A stretch of DNA of 64,000 bases from a virus. The notes beneath the pieces are model-generated. The model saw only the letters and a program-made list of their open reading frames with translations, had not been told where the DNA came from and ran no database searches. The stretch lies in IMG/VR virus record IMGVR_UViG_3300042547_000432; one strand, 5' to 3'. Below are positions 10,744 to 20,694 of this stretch, piece after piece; the stretch's first letter is position 1, and the number at the start of each line of letters is the position of its first letter. A program made the position numbers and the translations under genes.

Positions 10744-13338
10744 TTATGCTATCCTCCTCATCTGAGTAGTTGACATGACAGAACTTGTTGGGATGTCAAC
10801 AGACACAAAAGCAACCTGTGATTTAGATGATTGTGGAATTATGGTTGGGGAAGATGTGGAAGGCACAGACATCGAAACAGTTTTTGGTTTTGGTTTATTT
10901 TTTAAGTTGCCATATATATCCATGTTTTGATCAGCGCCTTTCATTCCAGCGTCTCTCATCACATCTCTCAATTTATCATAGTATTGCTGTTGCTTTACAG
11001 CAGTTCTTGCGGCACTGTTAACTAAAGGTTTGTATGCTCCACCACCTGGCATGTTGGTTATATCTCTTGCGTTTTGTATAGCGTTTCTTAATTGTTGATT
11101 GTTGGTTGATGTTATAGCACCCTGAGGTTTAACTTGCCTCTGAGCGTTGGGTGGTGTATACAATCCATGAATGCCTGGTAAATATCCTGGACCAAAATCG
11201 GTAGGAATAAAATACTTACCAGTCTTTTCGTAGTATCTTCTATTTTCTTTTTGAGAATACTCACCCATATTTCCTTTAGGGAACGAAGGCTTGCCCAAAG
11301 GAATGCCAAGTAATTTATTTTGATACCCAGCAAGAGTTTGTCTGATGCCTTGTATATCTTTTGGTCCACTACTCTTTGGTGCCATTACGGTTCCAGTACC
11401 TGGAAGGACTCTACCTAGAGTATTTAAAAATCCACCCTCAGAAAAACTTGGTTTGTTCTGGTGAGTCCATTCTACTGGGTCTATTTGCCCACCGTATTTC
11501 TGTGTTCTTACTTCCCAATGTAGGTGAGGACCAGTAGACCTACCAGTATTTCCTAGTGTACCAATAACTTCACCCGCCTTAACTTTGGAACCTATTTGAA
11601 GACTAGCAGCTACGTCTTGTAAGTGTCCATAGTAAGTAAATATTTTTGGTTGATCGTGTTCGATGCCAATCAAATTTCCATATCCACCACCACCATCAAT
11701 AGGATAATTTCTATTAATATCATACACAGTACCCGCAAATGGGGTGATAATTTTTATACCTGGATCGCCATCTAAATCAATACCACTGTGTTGTCTACCC
11801 CAACGATAACCAAATCCAGATACATAACCAATTTTTTTTGTATCTGCTTTAGAAAAAGGTATCCAAGCGGGAAGTTTTCCTACATTAGTTCCGCCAACAA
11901 ATCTTAAATCTTTCTCAGAAGAAATTGTTCCAATGTCTTTTGCTATTTCTCCCGAAGGCAATCCTGGAGGTCCACCAAATACTCCACTCGCTCCAGGAAA
12001 AAATAGACGATTGTTATTCATATAAATCCGCCAGGATTTATAGAAACGATTTACATCAAATATATTTTCTTCTGTGCCAGCATACCCAGGACCACCAAAC
12101 ATTTCGATAACTTCACTGCGCGACAGACCAAGAATAGAAGAAATTAATTCTATATTTTTTGGAATGTTTACGTTAAAGTAACCAGCAAATGGTCCCAATG
12201 AACGAAGAACCGAACCAAATACTGATACCGCAGCACCAAGTAAAGCATTGATTGGTTTAGTTAATACGTCAGCCAGTGCTTGATTGTATTGTTGATTGTC
12301 ATATTGATTGAGTATTTCCTTTCCATAATTTCTATTCAAAGGAATTACTGCTGTTCCTGGCGCCAATTTACCAACAGTTGGATTATCATATACCCCAGGT
12401 GGTATAACTTTTCCTTGAGATGGAAGCGTTGATACCCCACCCTCTGCTAGTTTTGTAGTTGGTTGTGTGGATTGTTTCTTGCCAGTAAATGGAGATGTTA
12501 ATTTCTGGAAGAATTGTTTTCTTGCTTCTCTTTTTCTTTCTTCAGTTTCAATATCATCAAGTGCTTCTTGATAGTTCTCACCCATCTGTTCGAGTAAGAA
12601 CTTAACATCATTTAAGTCTTCATCTATTCTTCTTAGGTAACCTAGACTTCTTTGTAGTCTAAAGTTTTGTCTTGATAATTCATTACCTATTTTATCCAAC
12701 ACCATTCCATATTTTGTCATGGATCTCATGACATTAGATGGCATTTTATTGGGAGGAATGAGATCCTCATCTCTCAATGGAGTTGGTTTAGGTTTCTCTG
12801 GTTCTGGTTGAACAACTGGTACTGGTATTTCTGGTATTAATTCTACCTTTGGTTCTTCAGGAATTTCTGGTATGAGATCTGGCGCTGGTTGTGGTTCTGG
12901 CGCTGGTGGTTTCGTTGCTGGTATAAGAGGAGTTGCTGGCTTGATCTTAGTTTCTCTTCGCTGATTAACCAAACGATCTACTTCAGCTTCTTCTATCTTC
13001 GCATCTACTTTCTTGCGAAATGGTTTCTCAAGATACTCTTCAACTAACCACTCTTGATATTTCTGCTGCCTCTCCATCCACTGAACAGGAGTACCACTTT
13101 CTTGATCCAAAGAAGGATACCCACGAGGATCCTTCTTTAAATTTTCAATCAGCTTATCGGCTTCTGCTTCTGTTATGTTTACATAGGAAGAATAATGTTC
13201 ACCATCTGTTGGTCTTCCAGTAAGACGAGCTTTTAAAGTTACCCACAAACGAGATTTTGGACTAACATAAGACCAGGGTATCTTGGGATCAAGTACCCCC
13301 TCAGGCGGCTGTGGTAAATCTAAGTCTTCGGGATTCAT
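10744..13338 (-). CDS. Virion protein with M23 (LysM/lysostaphin-type) metallopeptidase domain
   Basis: HSGIDLD...YYGHL...GEVIGTLGNTGRSTGPHLHWEV M23 motifs. Confidence 0.85.
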   Translation of the reverse strand: MNPEDLDLPQPPEGVLDPKIPWSYVSPKSRLWVTLKARLTGRPTDGEHYSSYVNITEAEADKLIENLKKDPRGYPSLDQESGTPVQWMERQQKYQEWLVEEYLEKPFRKKVDAKIEEAEVDRLVNQRRETKIKPATPLIPATKPPAPEPQPAPDLIPEIPEEPKVELIPEIPVPVVQPEPEKPKPTPLRDEDLIPPNKMPSNVMRSMTKYGMVLDKIGNELSRQNFRLQRSLGYLRRIDEDLNDVKFLLEQMGENYQEALDDIETEERKREARKQFFQKLTSPFTGKKQSTQPTTKLAEGGVSTLPSQGKVIPPGVYDNPTVGKLAPGTAVIPLNRNYGKEILNQYDNQQYNQALADVLTKPINALLGAAVSVFGSVLRSLGPFAGYFNVNIPKNIELISSILGLSRSEVIEMFGGPGYAGTEENIFDVNRFYKSWRIYMNNNRLFFPGASGVFGGPPGLPSGEIAKDIGTISSEKDLRFVGGTNVGKLPAWIPFSKADTKKIGYVSGFGYRWGRQHSGIDLDGDPGIKIITPFAGTVYDINRNYPIDGGGGYGNLIGIEHDQPKIFTYYGHLQDVAASLQIGSKVKAGEVIGTLGNTGRSTGPHLHWEVRTQKYGGQIDPVEWTHQNKPSFSEGGFLNTLGRVLPGTGTVMAPKSSGPKDIQGIRQTLAGYQNKLLGIPLGKPSFPKGNMGEYSQKENRRYYEKTGKYFIPTDFGPGYLPGIHGLYTPPNAQRQVKPQGAITSTNNQQLRNAIQNARDITNMPGGGAYKPLVNSAARTAVKQQQYYDKLRDVMRDAGMKGADQNMDIYGNLKNKPKPKTVSMSVPSTSSPTIIPQSSKSQVAFVSVDIPTSSVMSTTQMRRIA

Positions 13339-13502
13339 TGCTTGTTCTTACGGTTTTGTTCTTCTATGTACTGATTCAACATAGTAACATAAACAATTCT
13401 TTCCCAAGGTAGCATGTTATCCAATTCACTCAAAGAAAATTTATGAATGTACATCAGATTAAAATTTGACTGATAATGATTAGCCAAATTATCATGGAAC
13501 AT
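13335..13502 (-). CDS. gp51: Baseplate hub assembly catalyst gp51-like (55 aa, absent from ORF track)
   Basis: Manual translation MFHDNLANHYQSNFNLMYIHKFSLSELDNMLPWERIVYVTMLNQYIEEQNRKNKQ; follows gp26. Confidence 0.8.
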   Translation of the reverse strand: MFHDNLANHYQSNFNLMYIHKFSLSELDNMLPWERIVYVTMLNQYIEEQNRKNKQ

Positions 13503-13504
13503 GC

Positions 13505-14221
13505 TCACCCGAAAAAATTTACAAGACCCTCAATGGTGTACTCAGATTCAACTTCTGTCTTTGGATTCTTAACAGTAAAAGTATGAGATAGTTTTGGCAT
13601 CGTAGCAAAGAAGTCTTTGACTTTTTCAAACTGCTTTGATGTAAGACCACCAATCCATTCTTCTATTTCTTTCTTGGAAGTATTTTTTGCTTCGTAAACA
13701 TCTTCACCAACAAAAATTTGATCTACAGAATCAACAATGATATCAAAAACTTCTTCGGCGTTCAAACTCTTCATCATGATTTGTGTCTTGATGAACTGAT
13801 CCATTCCAGGATACTTCATTATTAATCCAGTAGTATCATCGAGTAGGATTGTGTTTGTATGTTCTGGTGTTTTTTGTACTTTAACTTCGTTTAGATCTAA
13901 AGTATAATTTACTTGAGTTTCATTATCATCACTACAAGTAATCTTCATCTGAACTTCTTCACCAACAGACTTAGCACGAATGTTGAGAAACAAATATTCA
14001 ATATCAAACGATGCCAAATCTGATACTTTAATGCCTCTAGTAAGTACACAAGACTTCACGATGTTAACTACAGCATCTTGAATTTGTTTCTCATCCTCAG
14101 ACTCCATTGCCATCAGTAAAACTTTTTCTTCACTGACTAAGAATGGTCTGAACTTAACTGGTTTTTCCGTTGATGGTAGTTCCAATTCATATGTTGGGAC
14201 TGGTGGTTTTGGTAAAGCCAT
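13505..14221 (-). CDS. gp26: Baseplate hub subunit gp26
   Basis: MALPKPPVPTYELELPST...FRPFLVSEEKVLLMA...YLFLNIRAKSVGE. Confidence 0.9.
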   Translation of the reverse strand: MALPKPPVPTYELELPSTEKPVKFRPFLVSEEKVLLMAMESEDEKQIQDAVVNIVKSCVLTRGIKVSDLASFDIEYLFLNIRAKSVGEEVQMKITCSDDNETQVNYTLDLNEVKVQKTPEHTNTILLDDTTGLIMKYPGMDQFIKTQIMMKSLNAEEVFDIIVDSVDQIFVGEDVYEAKNTSKKEIEEWIGGLTSKQFEKVKDFFATMPKLSHTFTVKNPKTEVESEYTIEGLVNFFG

Positions 14222-14257
14222 GATTACTCCAAAAGAAATAATATTATTACAATTTAT

Positions 14258-14911
14258 TTATCGGTTAGGCCAACGTAATCCATTTTCAGATTTATCCCAA
14301 GAACTATAATAAAAATTAGCAGTACACTTTACTAATTGTGAAGAACCATATGATAATGGGATAGCATCTACTGAATAAGGCCAAGCATTATTTAAAACAT
14401 AACCAAGTGTAGCTACACCAATCTCATCATCTTTGTTTCTTTCTCTTTTTTCTATATTAATTTGACACTGGTAATCTTTAGGATACTTCAATCTTCTAAC
14501 TTTTTCTCCAGATCTTGATGCCGATGTAGTATTATAAATTGCTCCATGCCAATCCAACAAAAATTTAAATGCCTGCATTTCGGCATCACACATAAATGAT
14601 AATTGTATGTCACTATAAATTGGTGAAGTTGGATAGTAAATTGGACCCTGCCCCTGATATCTTCCAGCAATTGATCCAGTATTTGATTGAATACCAGGGA
14701 GAGAAACTTCATCACACATTAATAATATTCTTTCACCAACTTTAGATACTCCCTTACTTCCAAATACAGGTGCTTCTAGTCCACCAGAACGACCAGTTCC
14801 AGTCAACAAACCTCTAAGTGAATCAGTGAGAGTAAAGTATACGGAATAGGTATTACTCCTTGCCATTCCCCTACCATTAACAATAGCGGTAAGGTAATTC
14901 TTAACACCCAT
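14258..14911 (-). CDS. Tail tube-like protein (gp19/gp54 family)
   Basis: LMCDEVSLPG...NAWPYSVDAIPLSY tube-fold motifs; synteny. Confidence 0.7.
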   Translation of the reverse strand: MGVKNYLTAIVNGRGMARSNTYSVYFTLTDSLRGLLTGTGRSGGLEAPVFGSKGVSKVGERILLMCDEVSLPGIQSNTGSIAGRYQGQGPIYYPTSPIYSDIQLSFMCDAEMQAFKFLLDWHGAIYNTTSASRSGEKVRRLKYPKDYQCQINIEKRERNKDDEIGVATLGYVLNNAWPYSVDAIPLSYGSSQLVKCTANFYYSSWDKSENGLRWPNR

Positions 14912-14914
14912 CTA

Positions 14915-14948
14915 TAAATACCTTTGAGTAGTTTTATATTTATATTTA
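14915..14948. promoter_or_regulatory. Divergent pair of TAAATA late promoters
   Basis: TAAATA on + at 14915-14920 and on - at 14943-14948, between divergent late genes. Confidence 0.7.
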
Positions 14949-15382
14949 TGGCGTACTCGGGATTTTATCGCCCAATAAATCCCACGAAGTATAGGGGCAA
15001 CCCTATGAATATAATCTATCGCTCGTTATGGGAAAGGAAATTTATGATTTTCTGTGATAGAAATAATAGTGTGATTGAATGGGGCAGTGAGGAAGTTGTG
15101 ATACCTTATCGTTCCCCAGTGGATGGTAGAGTACACAGATACTATGTGGACTTCTATATTAAAGTTCGTACCAAAACAAATGAAATTAAAAAATATCTTG
15201 TTGAAATCAAACCAAAGAATCAAACATCTCCTCCACCCCCAGCAAAGAAACAAACTAAATTATACAAAGATAAAGTCCTGACGTTTCTAAAGAACCAAGC
15301 GAAATGGGAAGCCGCAAGTGACTGGTGTGAGGATAGACAGATGCAGTTCCTTATTCTCACCGAAGATCACTTGGGGGTATGA
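14948..15382 (+). CDS. gp4: Head completion nuclease gp4
   Basis: MAYSGFYRPINPTKYRGNP..IIYRSLWERKFM...YYVDFY...LVEIKP. Confidence 0.9.
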   Translation: MAYSGFYRPINPTKYRGNPMNIIYRSLWERKFMIFCDRNNSVIEWGSEEVVIPYRSPVDGRVHRYYVDFYIKVRTKTNEIKKYLVEIKPKNQTSPPPPAKKQTKLYKDKVLTFLKNQAKWEAASDWCEDRQMQFLILTEDHLGV

Positions 15383-15385
15383 CGT

Positions 15386-16063
15386 ATGGCAAAAGGATTC
15401 AAAAAAGAATCAAGAGGAAAATCAAAAGGATACCAAACACTCTTTGAAAGAGTAAAAGAAAAAACTGATGGAGAAGAACAGACTTGGCAGTGGTATAGAA
15501 AGACTGTTCGTTCGATGGCACTTGAATACAAACAGAATCCAGACAAAACAATAAGAGATGAACGCAGAGATAGAAATGATGATAGTGATGCTCAAGATCA
15601 AAATAGATTAAGAAGATATGCGAGACAGGGTAGACTGTTTCTTTTTGAATACAAAGCAAAGATGAAGTATCTACCATACTACGATACTTTTCCTCTAGTC
15701 TACGTCATCAAAGCCAACACAGATCATTTCTTTGGTTTCAATCTTCATTATCTAGAACCAAGAAAAAGAGTAATAGCAATACAAAAACTAAAAGATGATA
15801 GAATAGACTTGCCTCGATCATGTCTTCATAAATATATTTTAGACCATGTAGATGGATTCCTTTTAGATCTTTCTATCAATGAATGGGATACTGCTATTAC
15901 ACTACCAGTAGAACACTTTGTTAGAGAAAGAAGTGGGGTACTAATTCCATATAAATCATCTGATGTGTGGAAAGAAACCAACGAAAAATATAATGATCGC
16001 ATCAAAGCCAAGCGTATCATAAAAGGATACGGAAGCCCAGAAGATATCACAGACGTAACGTAA
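15386..16063 (+). CDS. gp2: DNA end protector gp2
   Basis: LFLFEYKAK...LPYYDTFPLVY...GFNLHYL. Confidence 0.8.
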   Translation: MAKGFKKESRGKSKGYQTLFERVKEKTDGEEQTWQWYRKTVRSMALEYKQNPDKTIRDERRDRNDDSDAQDQNRLRRYARQGRLFLFEYKAKMKYLPYYDTFPLVYVIKANTDHFFGFNLHYLEPRKRVIAIQKLKDDRIDLPRSCLHKYILDHVDGFLLDLSINEWDTAITLPVEHFVRERSGVLIPYKSSDVWKETNEKYNDRIKAKRIIKGYGSPEDITDVT

Positions 16064-16951
16064 ATGGCAACTTTAAAGTATCCAGAAAATATTAATGGTA
16101 GTTCCGACTATATAAAATTTAAATTTTTTGAATACAAGGCACCGTATAGTGATGGAGCGATTACTGGTGCTGCTTCTGGTGTATTATACAACAAAAGTGC
16201 GATAGCACTAACACCAGCTAAACTTGATGAAATAATAATAACTATGCCAAATGATATTGGCAGTTCTATCGTTGGAACCTGGGGCGATAGATCTTTTTCT
16301 GGATTGGCAGCTGCTGCTATTGGTGCGGTTGGTGGCATTACCAATTTAGACAAAGTAGGAAACAACATTGGAGAGTTTGTAAGTAAAATGACAGCAGGTG
16401 CTGCTACGGGCGTGCTGGAAGATGCATTAAAACTAGCAGCAGAAAAATTATCAACTGCTCCAGGAGTTGGTTCAAATCTACAACTCAACGATTATCTAGG
16501 ACTTGTTAGTGGATACATTACAAATCCAAATACAGAATTGTTATATCAAGGTACTCAACTAAGAAATCATGGTTACACATTTAAGATGATTGCTCAAACT
16601 GAAACAGAAGCAAAAGCGATAGATAAAATTGCTACAGTATTCAAACAAGCAGCAGCACCAAAAGGGAATACTGCTAAAATTTTAAATGCCAATGTAAGAA
16701 ACTTTATTGGCATTCCTAATGTATGTAGAGTTTCTTTTCACCAAGGAGGAGAGACATCAGAAGAACATTTATATCTTCCAAGATTTAAAACATCTGCCAT
16801 AACAAGTGTAAGTGTTGATTATATTACCGAGGGACAATACATGACATTTGAAGATGGAAGACCAATAGGACTAGGACTACAAGTTAATTTCAGAGAACTC
16901 AAACTACTCTTTGCTGATGAAATTGGTGAAGGTAACACTAAGTTTAGATAA
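16064..16951 (+). CDS. gp48: Baseplate tail-tube cap gp48
   Basis: LKYP...YIKFKF; NPNTELLYQG..LRNHGYTFKM; synteny with gp53. Confidence 0.8.
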   Translation: MATLKYPENINGSSDYIKFKFFEYKAPYSDGAITGAASGVLYNKSAIALTPAKLDEIIITMPNDIGSSIVGTWGDRSFSGLAAAAIGAVGGITNLDKVGNNIGEFVSKMTAGAATGVLEDALKLAAEKLSTAPGVGSNLQLNDYLGLVSGYITNPNTELLYQGTQLRNHGYTFKMIAQTETEAKAIDKIATVFKQAAAPKGNTAKILNANVRNFIGIPNVCRVSFHQGGETSEEHLYLPRFKTSAITSVSVDYITEGQYMTFEDGRPIGLGLQVNFRELKLLFADEIGEGNTKFR

Positions 16952-16953
16952 TC

Positions 16954-17658
16954 ATGGCATACTTCAACAGACTACCTAACGTAGAGTACGATAAAAAACC
17001 TTTGACGTTTCCATATTCGGAAACAGAATATGTTCTTGTCAAAAATTTCTTTCGTCGTTACAAGTTATCCGAATCATCTTTCAACTACAATACTTTGTTT
17101 GATAAGTATGCCATGATTGATACTGATAGGTTGGATGTTTTAGCAGATAAATTTTATGAGAATCCAGAGTATGATTGGATTATCGCCATCACCAACAACA
17201 TCTTAAATACTTATTCTGATTTACCAAAACCAGAGACAAGACTATACGATATGGTAAACGAAGCATACAAAGATGCTCCTGGTAATCAGTCTGTACTTCC
17301 TGCTGATAGAATTCATCACTACGAAACCAGAGAAGTGAAAGATAGTGCTGGTAGAGTTGTGCTACAATCTGGATTAAAAGTTGAATCTACTTTCTCTAAC
17401 AGTCCACTTAAACCTAGCGATGGAAAATTCTATTATTATGATAGCGGATCAGGTGCTACTATGAAAGTAAATGGCAGTAGTGTCATCACGGCAATCACGA
17501 ACTATGAATATGAGTTGAAATTAAACGATGTGAAGAGAGAAATTTATATTTTAAAACCTCAATTCGTTCAAGAATTTATTTCGCAATTTGAAGCTGGCAT
17601 GGAATACTCTAGATCATCAGCTTACGTTGACAAAACGACAAAACTTTCGGGTAAATAA
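16954..17658 (+). CDS. gp53: Baseplate wedge subunit gp53
   Basis: MAYFNRLPNVEY...KNFFRR...DRLDVLADKFY...YDWII; TNYEYE..LND.KREI. Confidence 0.9.
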   Translation: MAYFNRLPNVEYDKKPLTFPYSETEYVLVKNFFRRYKLSESSFNYNTLFDKYAMIDTDRLDVLADKFYENPEYDWIIAITNNILNTYSDLPKPETRLYDMVNEAYKDAPGNQSVLPADRIHHYETREVKDSAGRVVLQSGLKVESTFSNSPLKPSDGKFYYYDSGSGATMKVNGSSVITAITNYEYELKLNDVKREIYILKPQFVQEFISQFEAGMEYSRSSAYVDKTTKLSGK

Positions 17659-17680
17659 AAGGGGGCAGATGCCCCCAACT
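17655..17680. terminator. Intrinsic terminator between convergent gp53 and gp32
   Basis: GGGGGCA-GA-TGCCCCC hairpin with adjacent A tract. Confidence 0.7.
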
Positions 17681-17682
17681 TA

Positions 17683-18600
17683 TCAGTCTTCTTCAGCGAG
17701 ACGAGCAAAGTAACTTAGAGCATCGTCATCATCGTCAGTTCCAGCAGCAACTGCTACCTTAGGTAGGGCAGGTTCACGGCGAGCAACGGGAGCGGGAGCA
17801 GAGAACTCTTCATCCTCTTCCTCATCCATCACGCGAGTCACCTGAGCGGCGCGGGCAGCAGCAGGAGTCTGGGTGATACCCAGCACCAGATTCAAACGCT
17901 CCTCCAGTTCTTCATAGCTCTTGAAGTTATCAGGAGATACGAATGCTTGGAGGGAGTGTGCCTGACGCCAAATGTTTTCCAGTTTGGAATCATCAGCGGC
18001 GAGAGCAGAAGGAGCAGCGAACTCAGACTTGTCGTAGTTCCAGTAACCAGCAACGTTGGTGATCTTCAGTTTGAAGTTAGCACCTTCCCACAGATCGAAA
18101 GGATTCACGGGAGTCTCATCTTCAAACTCAGGTTGCATAGCAGCGGTAATCTTATCAAAGATTTTCTTACCGAACTTATACAGGAACACTTTGCCTTCAT
18201 TATCGGGGTTTGCTTTATCGCTCACCACATAGATGTTAGCGTAGTAAGTCAGTTTACGCTTCTGCTTACGGGCAGTTTCTTTATCAGCATCACGACCACT
18301 ATTCCACAGGCGACGATTCACCTCACCCACAGGATCTTTCTGACCCAGAGTGGTGAGAGAGTTCTCGATATACCAACCACCATCACCTTGAAAGGCGTGG
18401 GAATAGAGTTTCACGAACGGGATTTCCTCACCATCAGGAGCAGGAAGGAAACGAATAACAGCAAAACCATTGCCAGCGGCGTCAACGCTAGGTTTCCAGA
18501 AACGGTCATCGGAACTGGAAGTGGAGTTTGCTTTCTCAAGTTCCTTAGTCAGAGAAGCAAAGGAGTTTTGAGATTTGCGCTTGAGATCAGCGAAAGACAT
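17683..18600 (-). CDS. gp32: Single-stranded DNA-binding protein gp32
   Basis: DDRFWKP...AVIRFLPAP...WYIENSLTTLG; acidic tail DDDDALSYFARLAEED. Confidence 0.97.
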   Translation of the reverse strand: MSFADLKRKSQNSFASLTKELEKANSTSSSDDRFWKPSVDAAGNGFAVIRFLPAPDGEEIPFVKLYSHAFQGDGGWYIENSLTTLGQKDPVGEVNRRLWNSGRDADKETARKQKRKLTYYANIYVVSDKANPDNEGKVFLYKFGKKIFDKITAAMQPEFEDETPVNPFDLWEGANFKLKITNVAGYWNYDKSEFAAPSALAADDSKLENIWRQAHSLQAFVSPDNFKSYEELEERLNLVLGITQTPAAARAAQVTRVMDEEEDEEFSAPAPVARREPALPKVAVAAGTDDDDDALSYFARLAEED

Positions 18601-18680
18601 AGGATTACCTCGGATTGTTTTGGATTTGGTCTGTGTGACACCTCATCACTTAGTCATCATACCACGGGCAGAGGTCGGTG

Positions 18681-19025
18681 TCAACCCTCTGCCTCGATCT
18701 CTTTTTCAAACTCGTCGAGCTTGTCAAGCATGTTACGCATCAAGGAGAGAACATCTTGCGTTTCCCACCATCCATAAAGCATCTTGGCACCTTGTTCAAT
18801 CTGCTCACACATTTCTACTGCGCGAGGATCATCAGAAAGTTTGAGACGAGTGTAAAAGATTTGTTGTTTTTCAACTAGAGAACGAACAACATTAATATAT
18901 TCAAGTTGATCTTCCTTGCTTCCTTTCATGGGAGAAGCAAGTGTGAGTTCCATTGCTTTCATTTGTAGGAACTCCATTTCTTTCGCCTCGTTACGGACGA
19001 TATCTGAATCAAAGAAGTCGCTCAT
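18681..19025 (-). CDS. Conserved cyanophage hypothetical protein (DUF1825-like)
   Basis: FFDSDIVR...LVEKQQIFYTRLKLSDDPRA. Confidence 0.6.
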   Translation of the reverse strand: MSDFFDSDIVRNEAKEMEFLQMKAMELTLASPMKGSKEDQLEYINVVRSLVEKQQIFYTRLKLSDDPRAVEMCEQIEQGAKMLYGWWETQDVLSLMRNMLDKLDEFEKEIEAEG

Positions 19026-19270
19026 ACTAACATTAATTTTGCTCTAGATGTTTTTTTGATGAAGTTCAATTGTTGAGCTTCATGTTTTAGTTTTTCTTTT
19101 AGTGGTTTTGAAATCAACTTGGGCACAGTCTCCAACTCAATATCGTTGATATCACAATAATGAATGATAGCATCAATATAGCTCATTGAATCACTGTTCA
19201 CAAGCGTCTCCACTTCTGAAGAGAATCTTGCAACTGTCATAAATTTTTCCTGTAGTATATTATCCTCCAT
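19022..19270 (-). CDS. gp33: Late-transcription coactivator gp33
   Basis: FSSEVE..V....MSYIDAIIHYC....IELE.VPKLISKPLKEKLK.EA. Confidence 0.9.
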   Translation of the reverse strand: MEDNILQEKFMTVARFSSEVETLVNSDSMSYIDAIIHYCDINDIELETVPKLISKPLKEKLKHEAQQLNFIKKTSRAKLMLV

Positions 19271-19934
19271 AGATTTCCTGGTAGAGTGCGCGTAGTTCGA
19301 TTAGTCTATCGAGATATTCTTTTTTTGGTTGCTTGATAACAACTTGCGTATTGCCATCTTCGCAAGCAACGATAGTTACAAGTTGTTTGATGCGTGTATT
19401 ATATAGTTCGTAAAACATACAACCATATGCTGTTTCTTGAATATAATAATCTTCCATCCATTCTTCACGCTTCTCTTCCTTTGAGGTTTTGAAGTCAATG
19501 ATGGATGGAATACCATCAAACTCACCAATACAATCAACTCGCCCAGCTACTTCTAGGTGATCTGAGTATAATGCTGCTTCTTGTAAATAGACCTTAGTGA
19601 TTCTATTGAGTGTTGGCACAGCATTTTTGAACATCAAAAGGGGGAGGGGATTCCCTTTGAAGTTGCTTTCATTATAGCAGTTATTCAGAAAATCTTCAAC
19701 TATTTTGTGGAAGTGAGTACCACGAGTAGCAGAGCGATTAGAAATTGCCTGTGCTTTATCAGCACCCACACGCTGTCTCCACTCATTGAGTTTCTTTTTC
19801 TTCTTCGGGCACACCCCAAGAACTGTAGTAATAGATGGATACTTACCACCAGAAGGAACAGGGTAAACCCTGCGACCATCTACCATAATAGGTTCCAATT
19901 CAATGGGGGCGAATGACGAAGAATGAATAAACAT
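19260..19934 (-). CDS. PD-(D/E)XK exonuclease
   Basis: YPSITTVL...RGTHFH...VAGRVDCI...IIDFKTS...YYIQETAY. Confidence 0.85.
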   Translation of the reverse strand: MFIHSSSFAPIELEPIMVDGRRVYPVPSGGKYPSITTVLGVCPKKKKKLNEWRQRVGADKAQAISNRSATRGTHFHKIVEDFLNNCYNESNFKGNPLPLLMFKNAVPTLNRITKVYLQEAALYSDHLEVAGRVDCIGEFDGIPSIIDFKTSKEEKREEWMEDYYIQETAYGCMFYELYNTRIKQLVTIVACEDGNTQVVIKQPKKEYLDRLIELRALYQEIYGG

Positions 19935-20693
19935 TTAGAATCCCAAATTAATTTTACTAATCAGATAAGAACGAACAAGTCCAGAACGAACAATGTCTTG
20001 AACACCAAACTCAACAGAAGCAAACTCTTCCATTGTACCAATGATACGCTGGAAGTCAAGGATACCGTTGCGTTCATTAGTGCGAACTAAGTCAGTCTGT
20101 TGAACGTCACCAGAGAAGATGATCTTACAATCCTGACCAACACGGGTAATGATAGAGTCGAGTTCATGGAAGTTTAGATTTTGCATTTCGTCAACAAGGA
20201 TAATACAATTATCCATTGTGGTTCCGCGAAGGAATGATGTAGACCAGAAGCTAATAGTTCCCTGAGTTTTTAGATTACCATACAGTAGTTCAAACTCCTC
20301 ATCAGTGGGAAGTTCAAACATATACTTCACCATATTCTTATAAGGAATTTGGTAAAGCGATGACTTATCTTCATGGTCTCCAGGTAGGAAACCAATCTCA
20401 CGGGTTGCTACAAGAGAGCGAACAATGTATACCTTTTCGTATGGAGTATTCTCATTAAGAACATCCTTGAGTGCTAGGTAAAGTGCCACGAATGTTTTAC
20501 CAGTTCCAGCAGCACCATAAGCAAATAGATGCTTATCATTTTCCCACTCTTCAAACATCTTGCGTTGTGCTTCAGTAAGTGGTTCAATATCCTTAGCGAA
20601 ATAATCCATGTTTAATGGTTTCTTGCGCTTCATTTGTTTGACGCTCATTCCCGATGGAACAGCTTGCTTTGTTTTACGAGTTCTTACAGGCAT
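19935..20693 (-). CDS. phoH: PhoH-family ATPase
   Basis: GAAGTGKT Walker A; IGFLPGD; FLRGTT; VDEMQN; start refined to MPVRTRK. Confidence 0.95.
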   Translation of the reverse strand: MPVRTRKTKQAVPSGMSVKQMKRKKPLNMDYFAKDIEPLTEAQRKMFEEWENDKHLFAYGAAGTGKTFVALYLALKDVLNENTPYEKVYIVRSLVATREIGFLPGDHEDKSSLYQIPYKNMVKYMFELPTDEEFELLYGNLKTQGTISFWSTSFLRGTTMDNCIILVDEMQNLNFHELDSIITRVGQDCKIIFSGDVQQTDLVRTNERNGILDFQRIIGTMEEFASVEFGVQDIVRSGLVRSYLISKINLGF

Positions 20694-20694
20694 A

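Noticed and set aside
14948-15382. TnsA-like nuclease suggesting a Tn7 transposon
   Set aside because: This is T4 gp4 in its normal gp2-gp48-gp53 context; no other Tns genes or ends
17947-18777. 276-aa + strand ORF opposite gp32
   Set aside because: Typical stop-free antisense frame of a highly expressed gene
19260-19934. Cas4-like nuclease implying CRISPR
   Set aside because: Core cyanophage exonuclease; no repeat-spacer array or other cas genes in the window
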